This document shows positions 23,575 to 36,276 of a DNA stretch of 64,000 nt, piece after piece. The notes under the pieces are model-generated. The model ran no database searches and was not told where the DNA came from. It saw only the letters and a program-made list of their open reading frames with translations. The position numbers and the translations under genes were made by a program. Position 1 is the first letter of the stretch, and the number at the start of each line of letters is the position of its first letter. Source of the DNA: Lytechinus pictus (Eukaryota); assembly GCF_037042905.1 (NCBI RefSeq), contig NC_087251.1, positions 12,464,001-12,528,000 on the forward strand, written 5' to 3'.

Positions 23575-23967
23575 TTGGGTGGTCCTTTTCAGGACCAACA
23601 TATGCCCAAGAAAGAATACATGGTGTACCGTGAAACCTACTACACTATGTTAGTATTTCATTCTTTATTAGAAGAAATAAACTGAAATTTAAGCGCAGGA
23701 TGAACTATCAGTACTTTATTTGTACCTTATTTTTGCAAAGGGATTCAACTAGATTGCAATATATCAGTTGTAAAAAGGAGAAATTATTATATTTTTACAT
23801 TTCTAATAACCAGATTATGAACCTCTTCTGATTGCTTGTGGTCAATGAAAACTGTAAATCCAATATTTAAAATATAGTTATTCAGGGGTATTCAAGTAAA
23901 TTTGGTTAATATTTCAAGAAATATTTGTACAGATTTTTGACCAATGATCCTTGTATCCTCTAAACAG

Positions 23968-24132
23968 AAATCACTGAGATGCAGGTATGTGGTGACCTGT
24001 GCTGGTCTTTACTCTGATCGTGTAGCAGAGATGTCTGGCTGTAGCAAGATTCCAAGGATTGTGCCTTTCAGGGGCGACTACCTCCTACTCAAATCAGAAA
24101 AAAATTACCTCGTAAATGGCAATATCTATCCA
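23968..24132 (+). CDS. L2HGDH: L2HGDH exon 7
   Basis: aacag| [55 protein letters not shown] |gtaagt. Confidence 0.97.
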
Positions 24133-24806
24133 GTAAGTTCATTTTTGTTTCTGAAGTATAAGAAGGTATAGAGGAAGAGGTCGAGAGAGGCAGAGATGGG
24201 CGGATATGGAGGAAGAGATAAAGAGAGAGAGAGAGAGATAAAAGACAGAGAGAAGACTGTTGAGAAGAGAGAGACAGTAAGAAACATGAGACTGAGTGTG
24301 TGTGTTAAAGTTTCATCATATGCTATCTGTTAAATATCCATGTATATCCAGCTACACACAAGCCCAGTTGGAACTATTCAGAGAAATATTATTCAAAAAT
24401 GATACAAATAATTAAACAAAGTTGATGAGAAAATATTCATTATTAAACAATGAGGTAAACTGCCATAAGTATTTATGGAGGCATGCAATAAACTTGCATC
24501 CAAGACATTAAATGTTTGTTTATTTAAGCCAATTTTTCTGAATGAAACCAAAAGACAGATCTATATTTGTCTATTGAAAAATCTACATTGTAATCATTTC
24601 AATGGTATCCCTGTAGAAATTTAGAAAAAAAAGACAAGTCAGATTTAAGGGATCTTTTCATTAATATTGTGACCTATCCCAGAAAAGAATTGATAGAACC
24701 TTCAGCTTTATGAAGGTTTGTGATGAGATTTATATTGTCGTAGTGGTCATTTGTTTATCATTTTCATTACATCAGTGGTATTTCAAAATGGCTTTTTTTT
24801 CAACAG

Positions 24807-24964
24807 GTTCCCAACCCCAAGTTTCCATTTCTCGGTGTACACTTCACTCCTCGAGTTGATGGTAGTATATGGCTGGGTCCTAATGCTGTTCTAGCACTGA
24901 AAAGAGAAGGTTACAACCTTCTTGATTTTAGTTTGAAGGACATGATAGATGCTGCCTCATTTAG
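24807..24964 (+). CDS. L2HGDH: L2HGDH exon 8
   Basis: aacag| [54 protein letters not shown]|gtaagg. Confidence 0.97.
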
Positions 24965-25972
24965 GTAAGGATGTAATTATCTTTTCTTGAATTGAGATAA
25001 TCCATTAGGGCTATATGATGTATATGATATATTTGAATTTACACCCGCCCAATCACAAACATACCCACAAGATATTAAGACAGGGTCAAACCTCAAAATG
25101 CCTTTTAAGTCATTTTATATGTGACCTGTCACCCCAAAACGAACAATAAGTCACCCAAAATGAATTTCGGTATTTTTATCGAGCTTGATCTAACACACCA
25201 TTTAAAATTATGTGTAACTTGTCAAAATTGATAAAAAGATAACCCCCTCAAGTGATTGACTGAATGTAGAAGAAATTCAGAGAGATTCAAAGAATAAGGA
25301 GAAAACAAGGTTTAGAGTCTGGGTTCACTCATGCATGAGATGTTCACACTGTGCAATCTCTTAAGAACTTCCAAGCTGTCCTGAAAAAAAACTCTTGTGA
25401 ATCATCTTTTCTTTACAACTTCAAATTATAGCAGTATGAAGAACAAGAGCACTCTTTCAGATGAGCTAATTTTCAAATTTTTACTTTTTAGAGACGAAGT
25501 TATAGTTAAGCTTTTTACAGAGAACCTCCTCTGGCAACATAGTGATGCCAAAGTTACAGATTGGAACCACATAAAACATCCCATGGAACTGCCATTTAAC
25601 TGACATTGTAAGAGTTATTGTTGGTCATATAAAGATCAACAATAAGAATGATCATAAATTTTCTGACAACAATCACCAAATGCTATTTCTAAGATGATTC
25701 TGGGTCCATTCAGAGTGAAATGACTCTTCAAAAGTTAGAAAATTGTATTCCTATGTAAAAATACAGTAATATTTCTGTGATACATAACGAAGACAAAACA
25801 TCTTATTCTGTGCAATGTTGTTGTTGATGTGACTTATTGTATGTATTACTCTATGTGTTTCATGATTTTATTTCTTTACTTTGGAACTGAATGTATTTCA
25901 GCCAATGGGCTGTCATGATCAGTGAGTAAAACCATGCTTCTACTATTTTTAATAATAAATTTATACCTCCAG

Positions 25973-26104
25973 TGGTCTGAGAAAACTTGCCTTCCGCCAT
26001 CTTGGATATGGACTTGGAGAGATGTACAGAGGATTCAACTATGCAGCTCAGGTCAAACTTCTTCAGGAGTACGTCCCTGATCTCAAAGTCTCTGATGTCA
26101 CAAG
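25973..26104 (+). CDS. L2HGDH: L2HGDH exon 9
   Basis: ctccag| T GLRKLAFRHLGYGLGEMYRGFNYAAQVKLLQEYVPDLKVSDVT AG|gtgagt. Confidence 0.95.
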
Positions 26105-26816
26105 GTGAGTGATAGAATGATGGGATAAATGAATTAATGAATGAATGTAGGGAGGGATAGAGGGAGTGAATCATTAAATGATAAAATAATTCAGTGTAAG
26201 GAGGGAAAGGATATTTGATGGATGGATGGATGGATGAATGGAGGGAGGAAAAAAAATGGATCATTAACTGATAACAGCACTGATCTAGCTCCTTGAGTCC
26301 GTGATCTCGAAATTATCTGATGCCATGAGGTGAGTAACAGATTAAAGTGATAAATGGATGGACAGATGAATGGCAACTTGTCTCATTGGCAAGATGGTTA
26401 GATGGATTAGATTGATGGAAAGATGGGTAGGTAGATGGTTAGATAGAGGAAGAGGGATGGAGGGATCGAAAGATAAATCAGTGAATACATCACCCGTCAA
26501 GCTCTTTGAAAATTATTTCCGTGACATCAAAGTTTCTGATGCCACATGGTGAGTGATAGAATGAAGGAATGAACATATGGATAAATGTAAGAACGGTAAG
26601 ATGTATAAATGGATCATACAAATCAATTGAACAGTCAAGCACTAAGCTCTAATCTGTTTTGGGTCCCAGGTCACCAGCTGTGCTTAAAGTCATGCACATC
26701 TTTTGAACATATTTGTGAAACACCACCCTATTCTTAGTTTTCAGATGTGGCAACTGGTCTCATTGGCAAGATTTCAAATTTTCCCTGCTCTTTAATTGTA
26801 TGTTCTTCCTTTACAG

Positions 26817-27012
26817 GGGTCCCTCTGGAGTCAGAGCTCAGGCACTGGACACAGACGGCAACTTGGTGGACGACTTTGTCTTTGACATCGGAGTTGGTGG
26901 AATAGCATCTAGGGTACTTCACGTCCGGAACGCTCCTTCCCCTGCGGCCACCTCCTCTCTCTCCATAGCCAAGATGGTTGTTGATAAGGTGCAGGACACC
27001 TTTAAAATATGA
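26817..27012 (+). CDS. L2HGDH: L2HGDH exon 10 (last coding exon, TGA at 27010-27012)
   Basis: tacag| [65 protein letters not shown], with the conserved GVRAQA and [11 protein letters not shown] motifs. Confidence 0.97.
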
Positions 27013-30000
27013 AGCCCGGAGGAGACAGCATGACAAGATATGCAAATTTATATTGTTCAGACATGATGAGAAAATTTGCCTATCAACTATAAGAGGCTTT
27101 TTCCAAAAATTCATGGACAAAGTGATGGAATCATATGAGTATTTTTATGATACTGAAGAGATTCTCCAACAGAGTTTTGAACATGTCATATTTCATATAT
27201 TTTAAGGTCAAATGTGTTGATTCTTATAAAGGGATCCTTATCTCATGATGTAGAGATAGTACAGGTAAAATTAGGCCCAAAGACAAAGTCATTTTCATTT
27301 TGCAAGGCTTTTTATGGGAAAAATAGTCAAGTTGAGGACACTAAAATGCGACATGCTCAAACAGGGTATACATGTTATGCAACTAATCAACATATTTCAT
27401 ATGTATTTTGCTCTCATTGTTGTAATTATGTTGCTACTGTGTCAAGTATGCAGGGAATAGCAAAAATTGCAAATACATTGTAACTAAAGGTTTCAAATTA
27501 CTCATTTCCAAAGTGGAACATGCGTTACTCTTGGTGTCCACCTTGTTTTGGGGTAACAAATGTTCCAAAGTGCAGCTAGAATGTGGACTAGCAAATGAGA
27601 TACCTTAGTAAAACTTCTTCAATTTGAAGAACTCCTTGAATAATGGATAAACAATGAGAAATTGCTTTCAAAATCTACTAAATGTAATAAATTCTGGGTA
27701 CTAAATTAGGGGAAATATTTGGTGTCCATGGTAACACGTGTTCTGCATCCATATACAGAAATCTGTATAGCACAAAGTTCTATAAAAACAGATTAATAAA
27801 ATCAATCCAAAATAGATTTTTTTAAATGTGGCAGCCATTTTCATTTTGGTGTCCACGTTTGGACACTGTTTAACAAATGTTCCACGCATTTTCAGAGGTA
27901 GAAAAAATCTGCGAAGAAATTAACACAGCCATGGTTTACTGGCAGAATACAATCATATGTAACCACAAACTAAAAACTTTGAAATGTTGAACTTTTGCAT
28001 GAAGAAATTTAGCTAATTCTCTAACTCATGTAATATTTGTTATGGTGGACACCAAGCATAATTCATAAAAATGCAAATAGAAACCCATACATAAGAAAAA
28101 ATTCAAAATATGTTCATATCATTGGAGACCGCTTGAACTACCTCCCCTGGTTATATGGATATCTCATGAATGTTTATTGATAAATTAGTGTGTTCAGAGC
28201 ATTTTATGAAGGAATTTATATTTTTAGTCTGAGGTTACACTTTCCCTCTCCAGTATTGTAAAACTACTCATATTTGTGCAAACTTTATGACAATGTAAAT
28301 GGGTCTATATATGTTTTTTTTTTTTTTTTTTTTTTTTAGCCAGATGACAAAATCATGTCTCTTGACTCGGCAAACTATTGTAGCCACATATCCTATTTAC
28401 ATTGTAAATAATATGTTGCTTGGCTTTGTTGATGATATCATATCATGTCTGAACATGCCTTCCGGATCCTCAGAGAGAGAGAATTTAATGCTTTGTATTT
28501 ACACACCTAATGTAATCTTGATTCACTTGCAATGTAGATGAATCAATTTTACATTTATTTTTGCAAGCATATTTTCAGCTTACCGGTAATGAACAGAAGG
28601 ACTTAAACTCAAATACTATGATTTGAGAAAAGTGATGTTCATTCATTTTCTACCATGCAAATGTACCTAGATGTGATAAAGTGATATTATGCCTTTAAGA
28701 AAAATTGATGGATTTATGATTTTCAGAATCTGTAGGTAGGTGTTATAGATTATATTGGTAATAGAATTGCAGTGGCCAGAAGCTGAGTTTCGTCCTGTGT
28801 GCCAACATTTGATTTTTTAGATAGAAAAGTTACACACTGCCATACAACTCAAAATATACATTTACTCCACGTAGATATGGATGAATGTTTGATATTTTAG
28901 TGTAATGCTAATTGTTTTTCTTTTGTCTGCCTTGTCCATATTGATTCCATGGATAAACAGAAAATAGGAGAAATTTGTCTGTTGTCAAAGGTGATTTATT
29001 TGGAATATGAATGTCAACAAAAGTCATGAATCATTTGTGGCAACGTTTTTATTTTTGATAAAATATAGAAATGGTTTGCAAATATTTTGTGAATCCTGTT
29101 TATAATTGACCTTCATAACCACCTTGTATACAAGGCAAAAATTTGAGCCTAAAGTATGATGGAGATATAGTGTTTGAAGACCATTTTATAGCATTTACAT
29201 CCTTTAAAAATTATTTGCCTCTGGCCATATCAGATATGGCTGAATTCTGATTCCATCTCTGTGTCTCACTATGAACTAAGATAATGATATTGGGCAAACA
29301 ATATGAATTTCATTGACAATAATAGGTGAAAAAAATCTCAAACTCAATCTGAAATACAAATGAATTTCATTAAATGAAATGTTTTTCTTTTGTGAAAGAA
29401 ATGAAGTGAAATATATCTATAGAAGTCTTCTTTGAGTCTTAGACTGCTCTGACTTGCAGGAAGACGAAAAAAATTGTGGCAAAATTTTATTGTGGCATTG
29501 GTAAAAAAAACTTACCTACATATAGTCTTACAAATACAGATGTAAGCTGTACCTCATGAAAATGGAAAATGCACTTAATATTATTAAACAATTGTATTTT
29601 ATACTGTACATTAAATAGCTTTTATCCGATGTATGTTAATTTGTATAGAGAGTTTATACAGGTTGATTTCTTGTTTTGGGGTTCAGTGTGTGATTTAGTA
29701 AGACGGGTGCACTATGATATAGAAAAAGGAGTGTAGATAGATTAGTCATTCCAGTACATCGAGAAGTGAAATTCTATTTCATTAATGTTTGTACAGTATA
29801 CATCATGTAAATTGCAATGAATTCGTGGAAATGTCTGAAATATTTATAATTAGATTTAAATGAAATTAATTGTCATTATAAGGTCAAGAAAATTATGCAA
29901 AGATGAAATATAGATGAATTAGTTTAACGGTGCAAATCCGGGATTGTAAAAACATGTAGTTGTTTGAATCATAGACTATTCAAATTTGATTGGGATCACA

Positions 30001-32093
30001 TAAACAATGACCTCTCAACCATGATCCATGTTGCGTCCGTGAAGGTGTAACAGGGGCTTAACCCAGGGCCAATCCCCTCATCTCCCCTCTCAATCAACCC
30101 CCTACAGTATAACATTTTTGAGTGATGCCTTGCTTTTTCAAGGCAGTAATAAAAAAAGGAAAATCTAGATGTTGATGAAGAGGGGAGCCAGGGGATTGGC
30201 ACTGGGTTAGGGATAAGTAGTCAAGAGGCCCTCTATGTTAGCTTTGGGATAGATGGCTTCTGTACTACTGTATTGGGGGCACTTGATGGATTTGGATGAA
30301 CGTAGTCACCTTATTTTATTATTGTTACTGCACACTGTTGCCATATATTAACACATATTAACTGTATTTGAGAACACAGTACTATAAAACAAATATATAG
30401 GTAATAGCAATGTAAATGATTATATATATATATTTCTCTACATCTGTGTTTAAGGCAAATTTTTTCGTCTTTCGTTGTTCGTAATGCGCCTTAATGCCCT
30501 CTACCTTCGTCTTTACGTCTATATGTGTATTATGACGGAATAAACACATTCATAGACTTCGCCCTTACGTAGGATGCAGGCATATATTTATATATATACA
30601 TATTTACACTATTTTGTGTCATTTGCATATTGGTGTGAGGTTGAGTGTGTGTATTATATTAGGATAGGTACTTGAAATGTCTACAAGAACAAGAATGTAT
30701 TTCCTTTGATTCAAACACACATGCACAAAAGTATTTAATGTTATTTTATTTAAGGAATGTTATGAAATTAGAAAATGTGACCTACATGTGACTGTCTCAG
30801 AGCAATGATAAATTAATTTTGTTGACAATCGTAATATGTTTCTTTAAAAAAAGAAATTTCACCAACTAATTTCATGAAAGATAAGCCTGTAGAAATATCA
30901 TCAAATGATTTTTGGGACTATGTATTTGCATAAGGTAGTAAACTTTGTATGAATTTTGTAACTTTATGCATCACTGTATAAGTTATTGATGTAATGTACA
31001 CTTCTTTTATCAATGTCACATTATTTGAAAAAGAGTGAATTCTGGTAAAATTATGTAATGTTATTAATATGATGCTCTTCTTTAATGAATTACCTTTATT
31101 GTTTCCATTATATATCTTCCTATAGTATCAGAAACTAAATGGCATTTGATAGCTAGTTTACAAATACACACTATGTTCCAGTACAAAATATATAATTGAT
31201 TATGACTTGACTTAGGACTAATCGAGCTCAAAGATATGTAGCCATCTTGTGAAATTGAAACCAAAAACTATGCAGCTCTCTTGTTGAAAAAAAAATCATA
31301 TTTTGGCTGTGTAGATTTATTTATGGATTTGAAGCTCATAATAGCTGTGCCACTTTATTTGTGAAATTTAAGCTGGCAATAGCTGTGTAGTTCTGTGGTA
31401 TTTCAAAGATTCAAGCTCATATATCACTTTTTAGTGATGTATCCATTTATAAGCTGGCTTTATAGTCTTAAGCCAACTCATCATCAATGATGTGTTCGTA
31501 CCTAATCAATCTATTCAGACAACGTGGTCTGGACAAGCCTGTGTATTAAAATTCACAAATGAATATTCACTGAAATGATATTTATGAAATAGATCTAGTA
31601 TTTTCATAAAATCATGTTATTTGAAGTGTACTATAAAGGTCTTGATTTTTTCATGTATGGAATTATCTATGTGCAATGTGTAACATTGGGTCTAATATTT
31701 ATTTCAGGGATAGTACTGCTATTTCCTTTTTAAAATTTGAAATTCAAACTTTAAATTTCTTGTGAAGTAACAAGCACATTCAGTCAACATTTTCTGTGTG
31801 ACACTACTTGAAGTCTTTGTGATTATTATGTGACTTTTGTCATGGTTTTTACACAATGTCATATTGAAATCAGACATTCATGATTGTATATTTATACTGT
31901 GAATGTTACCCACAATTATAATCAGTACTAATTTCCATAATTATAGAAGGGTTGAATTTTATTCAATCATGAAATATAAAAAAACATTGAAAGAAATTAT
32001 TATTTTCAGTGAAGTGCATGATGCAGCTTAATATGGTTATGCTCTGATACTTGAGAAAACATATTTTGAAATTCCTTCCTTTTTTTTACTTAA

Positions 32094-32671
32094 ATGACAA
32101 GTCCACCCGCAAAAAAAGTTAATTTGAATGAAAAGAGAAAATTCCAACAAGCATAACACTGAAAATTTCATCAAATTGGATATAAAGTAAAAAAGTTATG
32201 ACTTCAGTTTAGCTTAGTTTCACAAAAAATTATGCACATTCTGATTGGTGTGCAAATGAGGGGACTGATGATGTCACCCACTCACTATTTCTTTTGTATT
32301 TTATTATATGAAATATGAACTATTCTAATTTACTCCTCATTGTCCTGTAAAACAAAGTTTTATTCCTCCCTAAACATGTGGTATTACCTCTTATGGTTCA
32401 GTCAAGTTGTCCTAAATATCAGATCTGTACAAATTGAAATATTTTGTAGTTCAAACAATAAAAAGCAAAAGAAATAGTGAGTAAGGGATATCATTGACTC
32501 TCATTTGCATGTAACTGTGTTGTGCATATAACTGTTTTGTGAAATGTAAGCAAAAATTCAAAATGTCCTAACTTTCTTATTTTTCATCCAATTTTGATGA
32601 AATTTTCTGCATTTTGCTTGTTTGATTTTTCTCTATTCAAATCAACATTTTTTCTAGGGTGGACTTGACCT
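32094..32671. mobile_element. Kolobok-like MITE, same family as 5378-5970
   Basis: caagtccacc ... ggtggacttg, with shared internal sequence. Confidence 0.7.
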
Positions 32672-34739
32672 TCAAAATATAGCTCATATTCAATACAGGA
32701 AAACTCTTTTCTTGATTTCTGATTGAATATCAGAATAAAATGAAAGCACCGAACATTGGTATTTCATTTATATGTTTGCATGGCAGTTTTTGCTTTTTAC
32801 TCTTCTGTTCCATGTAAATGAATAGAATCGTGTGTTTAAATAATATTGGTAAACCTAGTTGGTAAATGATTTGTTTGGAATTGTACATTATTGTCTTGTT
32901 CATTTTCTACTTTTATACTCAATGAAATTGATTATTAACAAACAGGACTTCATCATTACATTGCAACCAATAATATAAGAAACATTTATTTGATGTATAA
33001 ATATAATCTCACATCTTAGTATCACCTTTTGAAGAATTTGTGCATTTCAAAGTAAATGTAAATTTCTGCTTAATTTTTATTCCAAATAAAGAGGTCTTAC
33101 TACTTTTTGTTGTTGTTTCATTGCATGCTGAGACAAAACATATATTTGTTATGTTTTTATGCCATTTAATGATGTGATAAAAACATCTAACATGACTCAC
33201 AAGTAACTACCTTTAACATTATACTGGAATGAAATGGGCAGTTTGAGTTTTCTAGACATTTAGAAGCAGGGCTATTCTCAGACAGGAATAACAGTGAAGT
33301 TTCATGTTTGTTGTGAAAGTTTGTTCTCCTTTTTTTCTTTTTTTTTTGCATTTAATTTTACATCTGATTAAATATTGAATGCTCTTAAGGTTTATCCAGT
33401 GAGGTCGCTCTATATTAATAATGAAAAACAGAGAAATCATGAGAATAAAATTTTGTGTGCTTCCAAATGTGCTGTGATGTCTCTTAATTCTGTTCGAGTT
33501 TGGTTTCATTTTCCCACTTTGCATTAGTGCTTTATCATGAATACTAAATGAACTAGATATTTATCTGCGCCACTACTTTCTAAAACATGTTGCAGATATT
33601 GTGACTTTGTCTTACTCTAATTGCTAACTACACATTTGCAACAGGTCCAAAATGTCAAAAATACAGACAAAAGTTTACATGTAGACAGTTGGGACTTCAT
33701 TACTAATGATTTGCTCATGTTCTAGATTGGAATTCTTTTTAAAGTATAGTGATTGAGAGGAAAGCACAGTTGTCAAGACAACATTTACAATACAAAGTCA
33801 AAGAAAGTACCCGATTGAGAGGGGGAAGAAAATAAGGAGAGGATATTAGAAAAAGGATTCAGGAGAGAAGTGATAAAAGATCGGGAAAAAAAGAAAAGAA
33901 AATGATAATGGACAACAAAAAGGAGAACAGATGAGAGAGAATAAATAAAAGAAAGTATAAAAGAATAAATGGATAGAAAGGGGAAAGAAGAGAAAATTAA
34001 GAAATAGAGAAGATATTTTTTTTTTAAAGAAAGGGGAAAAGGTGATCGACAAATAAGGAAAAGAGTAAGAAAAATATTAAAAGTGAAAATAAAATGGAAA
34101 GTTTAAGAGAGCCCGGAAGAGAGATAAGAGGAAACTGGATTGATAACAGTAATCTTTTCATACTCCTCAAAATTCATTATTCTATATGACCTCAGGCTTT
34201 GCTCCATCATAAAAAAAGTTATGAAGCTTCGTACAATTCTTATCCCGTATTGAATTATTCTAATCCCGTATTGAATTATTCTAATCTACAACTCACTTTT
34301 TTCTTGTAATACTAAATCTTCCATACTTTGACAAACTGCAGTTGGGGCTCCGGAGTTAGGGATTGTTGGCAAATATGACATTTACCATAAGATTTACGCT
34401 CCTCTAGCCAATCAAAAGGGATCAAAACAAAATATTGATGAAACGCCCCCACTGGTATCTGCCCCTTCACGATCTTGCTGAGGCAGCTAGGGATTTCCCC
34501 TCTTTCAAGTTTTTCCCAGATACGCCGCATAAATCTTTCAATGGAGAGCCGAATCACTGAGGACTAAAAAAAAAATCGTGGTCACTCTGACTTTTTCAAA
34601 TGAGTGAAAAACACATTAATTGGATAAGTATAGACAAAATATTATCTTCGCATTAAGGTAAGCAATTCATACTATAAAAATAGAGAATGGAGGGCGAAAG
34701 CACAGTTTCTTCGATAACTATATCATTAACAGCGTATGA

Positions 34740-34864
34740 ATAATTACAATCACACGTCAGTGGGTAGGGCGAAAGTGAGTAATTTGTCCGATTTAGCTCA
34801 CAGCAACAACAGCGCAAGATCACGGAGTTCAAATTCTAGCAGCCTGAATTTGTTTTAACGTTTG
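34740..34864 (+). promoter_or_regulatory. Candidate promoter / non-coding first exon of BTBD9
   Basis: CpG-containing stretch with no obvious repeat, ending in a strong donor tttg|gtaagc (~34865). The BTBD9 ATG exon is preceded by a polypyrimidine/AG acceptor (~38540-38563), which implies an upstream non-coding exon. Inference only. Confidence 0.3.
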
Positions 34865-35362
34865 GTAAGCATTTTGCAACATTTTTGAAATACTAAGAGG
34901 TCTAACAGTTAGCCTGACGTGTCATATTTTCTCATGTCGTTTTACACTACAGAAATAATTCATTCATCATTGATTTCTCTCTGAAATTGAAATTGAAAAA
35001 GACTCAAAATTTTGCCGAGCAAGTGCGAGCCGAGACGAGTTGTTCAGTCCGTCTTTGCCGGGCATGTCGTGGGCCGCATTCGGACCGGGGCCGCGAGAGG
35101 AATTACACTCCAGCCTAACACAGGGAGCTCCGGCCCGCTTCGGGCCGGAGGCGGAGCCCAGGACCTGTCCGTGTATTATACTAGGCAGACATTTAGGGGT
35201 CGCAATAGCACTCCAAATAAAAGGGGCACAAATAAATTATGCACTTAATTTTAACCATGTTAACGGTACGGTACCGTACTTTGAGTTTGATTACGGTACT
35301 GTATCATGATCATATGATGGCCTATGCCTAGGCTATGGACAGTAGAGCCTAGACTCTAGTAG

Positions 35363-36044
35363 TAGGGTGTCTGGAGAAAAAAATTATTTTTCTTATTTCA
35401 AGAAAATATCACATTTTCTTTGTGAATTTGAAGAGAAATTACCTTCAGACTGACAGAAATGTAACATTTTTGAAAAAAATCCAATTATTGGCTGCAAAAA
35501 AGAAGAATGAAATTAGGTAAATTTTCAGCATTTCTCTGCCATAGACTGTGTAGTTAAGAAATGGACACACACAAATCCAAATTTTTAGCTTTCGAGAGCT
35601 GTTATAAATTTATTATTAATGCCAAAAACTTGTCCATAAAGAGTCCAATAGGATTTTTCATGCTCTATCTGATGGTATGATTTTTATAAAGATTTGGAAA
35701 CCAGATCACAATGAAAAATTGCGACAAAGTGAAAAAAATTGTGCAAAACAGAAATTTTATTTTCCCATAGAAAACGCATGGAGAAATGGCAATTTCAACA
35801 CACACAAAATTAAGGGTTTGCAATTTATCTCTAAATCCTTATTTAAAATGATCATATAAACTTGTCCTTACTGTCAAAAGAAGCCCCTGAATTTTCTCTT
35901 TCCATACATGCCAAACACAAGTTAATAATCAATTCAGATCACATTTTTCTAGTAGCCTGAACTTCCCCGAAAAAATGTGCCATATTTTCCCCTAAATTAG
36001 CCTGTTTTATGCTGACACTTTTCAGTGTGGCTTCAGACACCCTA
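35363..36044. mobile_element. hAT-like MITE
   Basis: TAGGGTGTCTG ... CAGACACCCTA; flanking CTAGTAG duplication. Confidence 0.65.
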
Positions 36045-36276
36045 CTAGTAGTAGTACTACTACTAGTAGTAGAGGCGCACGGCCAATATGGGAGACTCCA
36101 ATACCGGGAGACAATCTTCCACATTGGAGACTTGCTTTGCAAAAGGACAAAAGAAACCACACCAACAAAAGCATGATTTTTCCACCCAAAATTTTGTCTC
36201 ACTGAGGTCAGAAGTAGCCTGGAGGCTTCTGGGGAGTAAAACTAAAAGTCATCTACTGACTACTCTACGACTACGT

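Larger units (their letters stand above)
20535..23648 (+). mobile_element. Penelope-like retroelement (Penelope/Poseidon type): 5'-truncated forward copy preceded by an inverted 3' segment
   Basis: RT ORF and GIY-YIG endonuclease; inverted repeat arms 20563-21370 and 22930-23648; a hammerhead in each arm; direct repeat TGTTAGTATTTC at 20523-20534 and 23648-23659 (probable target-site duplication). Confidence 0.95.

Noticed and set aside
20563..23648. DIRS, Polinton or DNA transposon interpretation of the long inverted repeats
   Set aside because: No tyrosine recombinase, integrase or transposase; the RT motifs, GIY-YIG domain and hammerhead all indicate a PLE.
34242..34285. 21-bp tandem duplication atcccgtattgaattattcta
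   Set aside because: Ordinary slippage duplication with no further structure.
35012..35309. GC-rich ORFs upstream of BTBD9
   Set aside because: They start at TTG and have no recognisable domain or splice-phase link; more likely promoter-proximal or repeat DNA.
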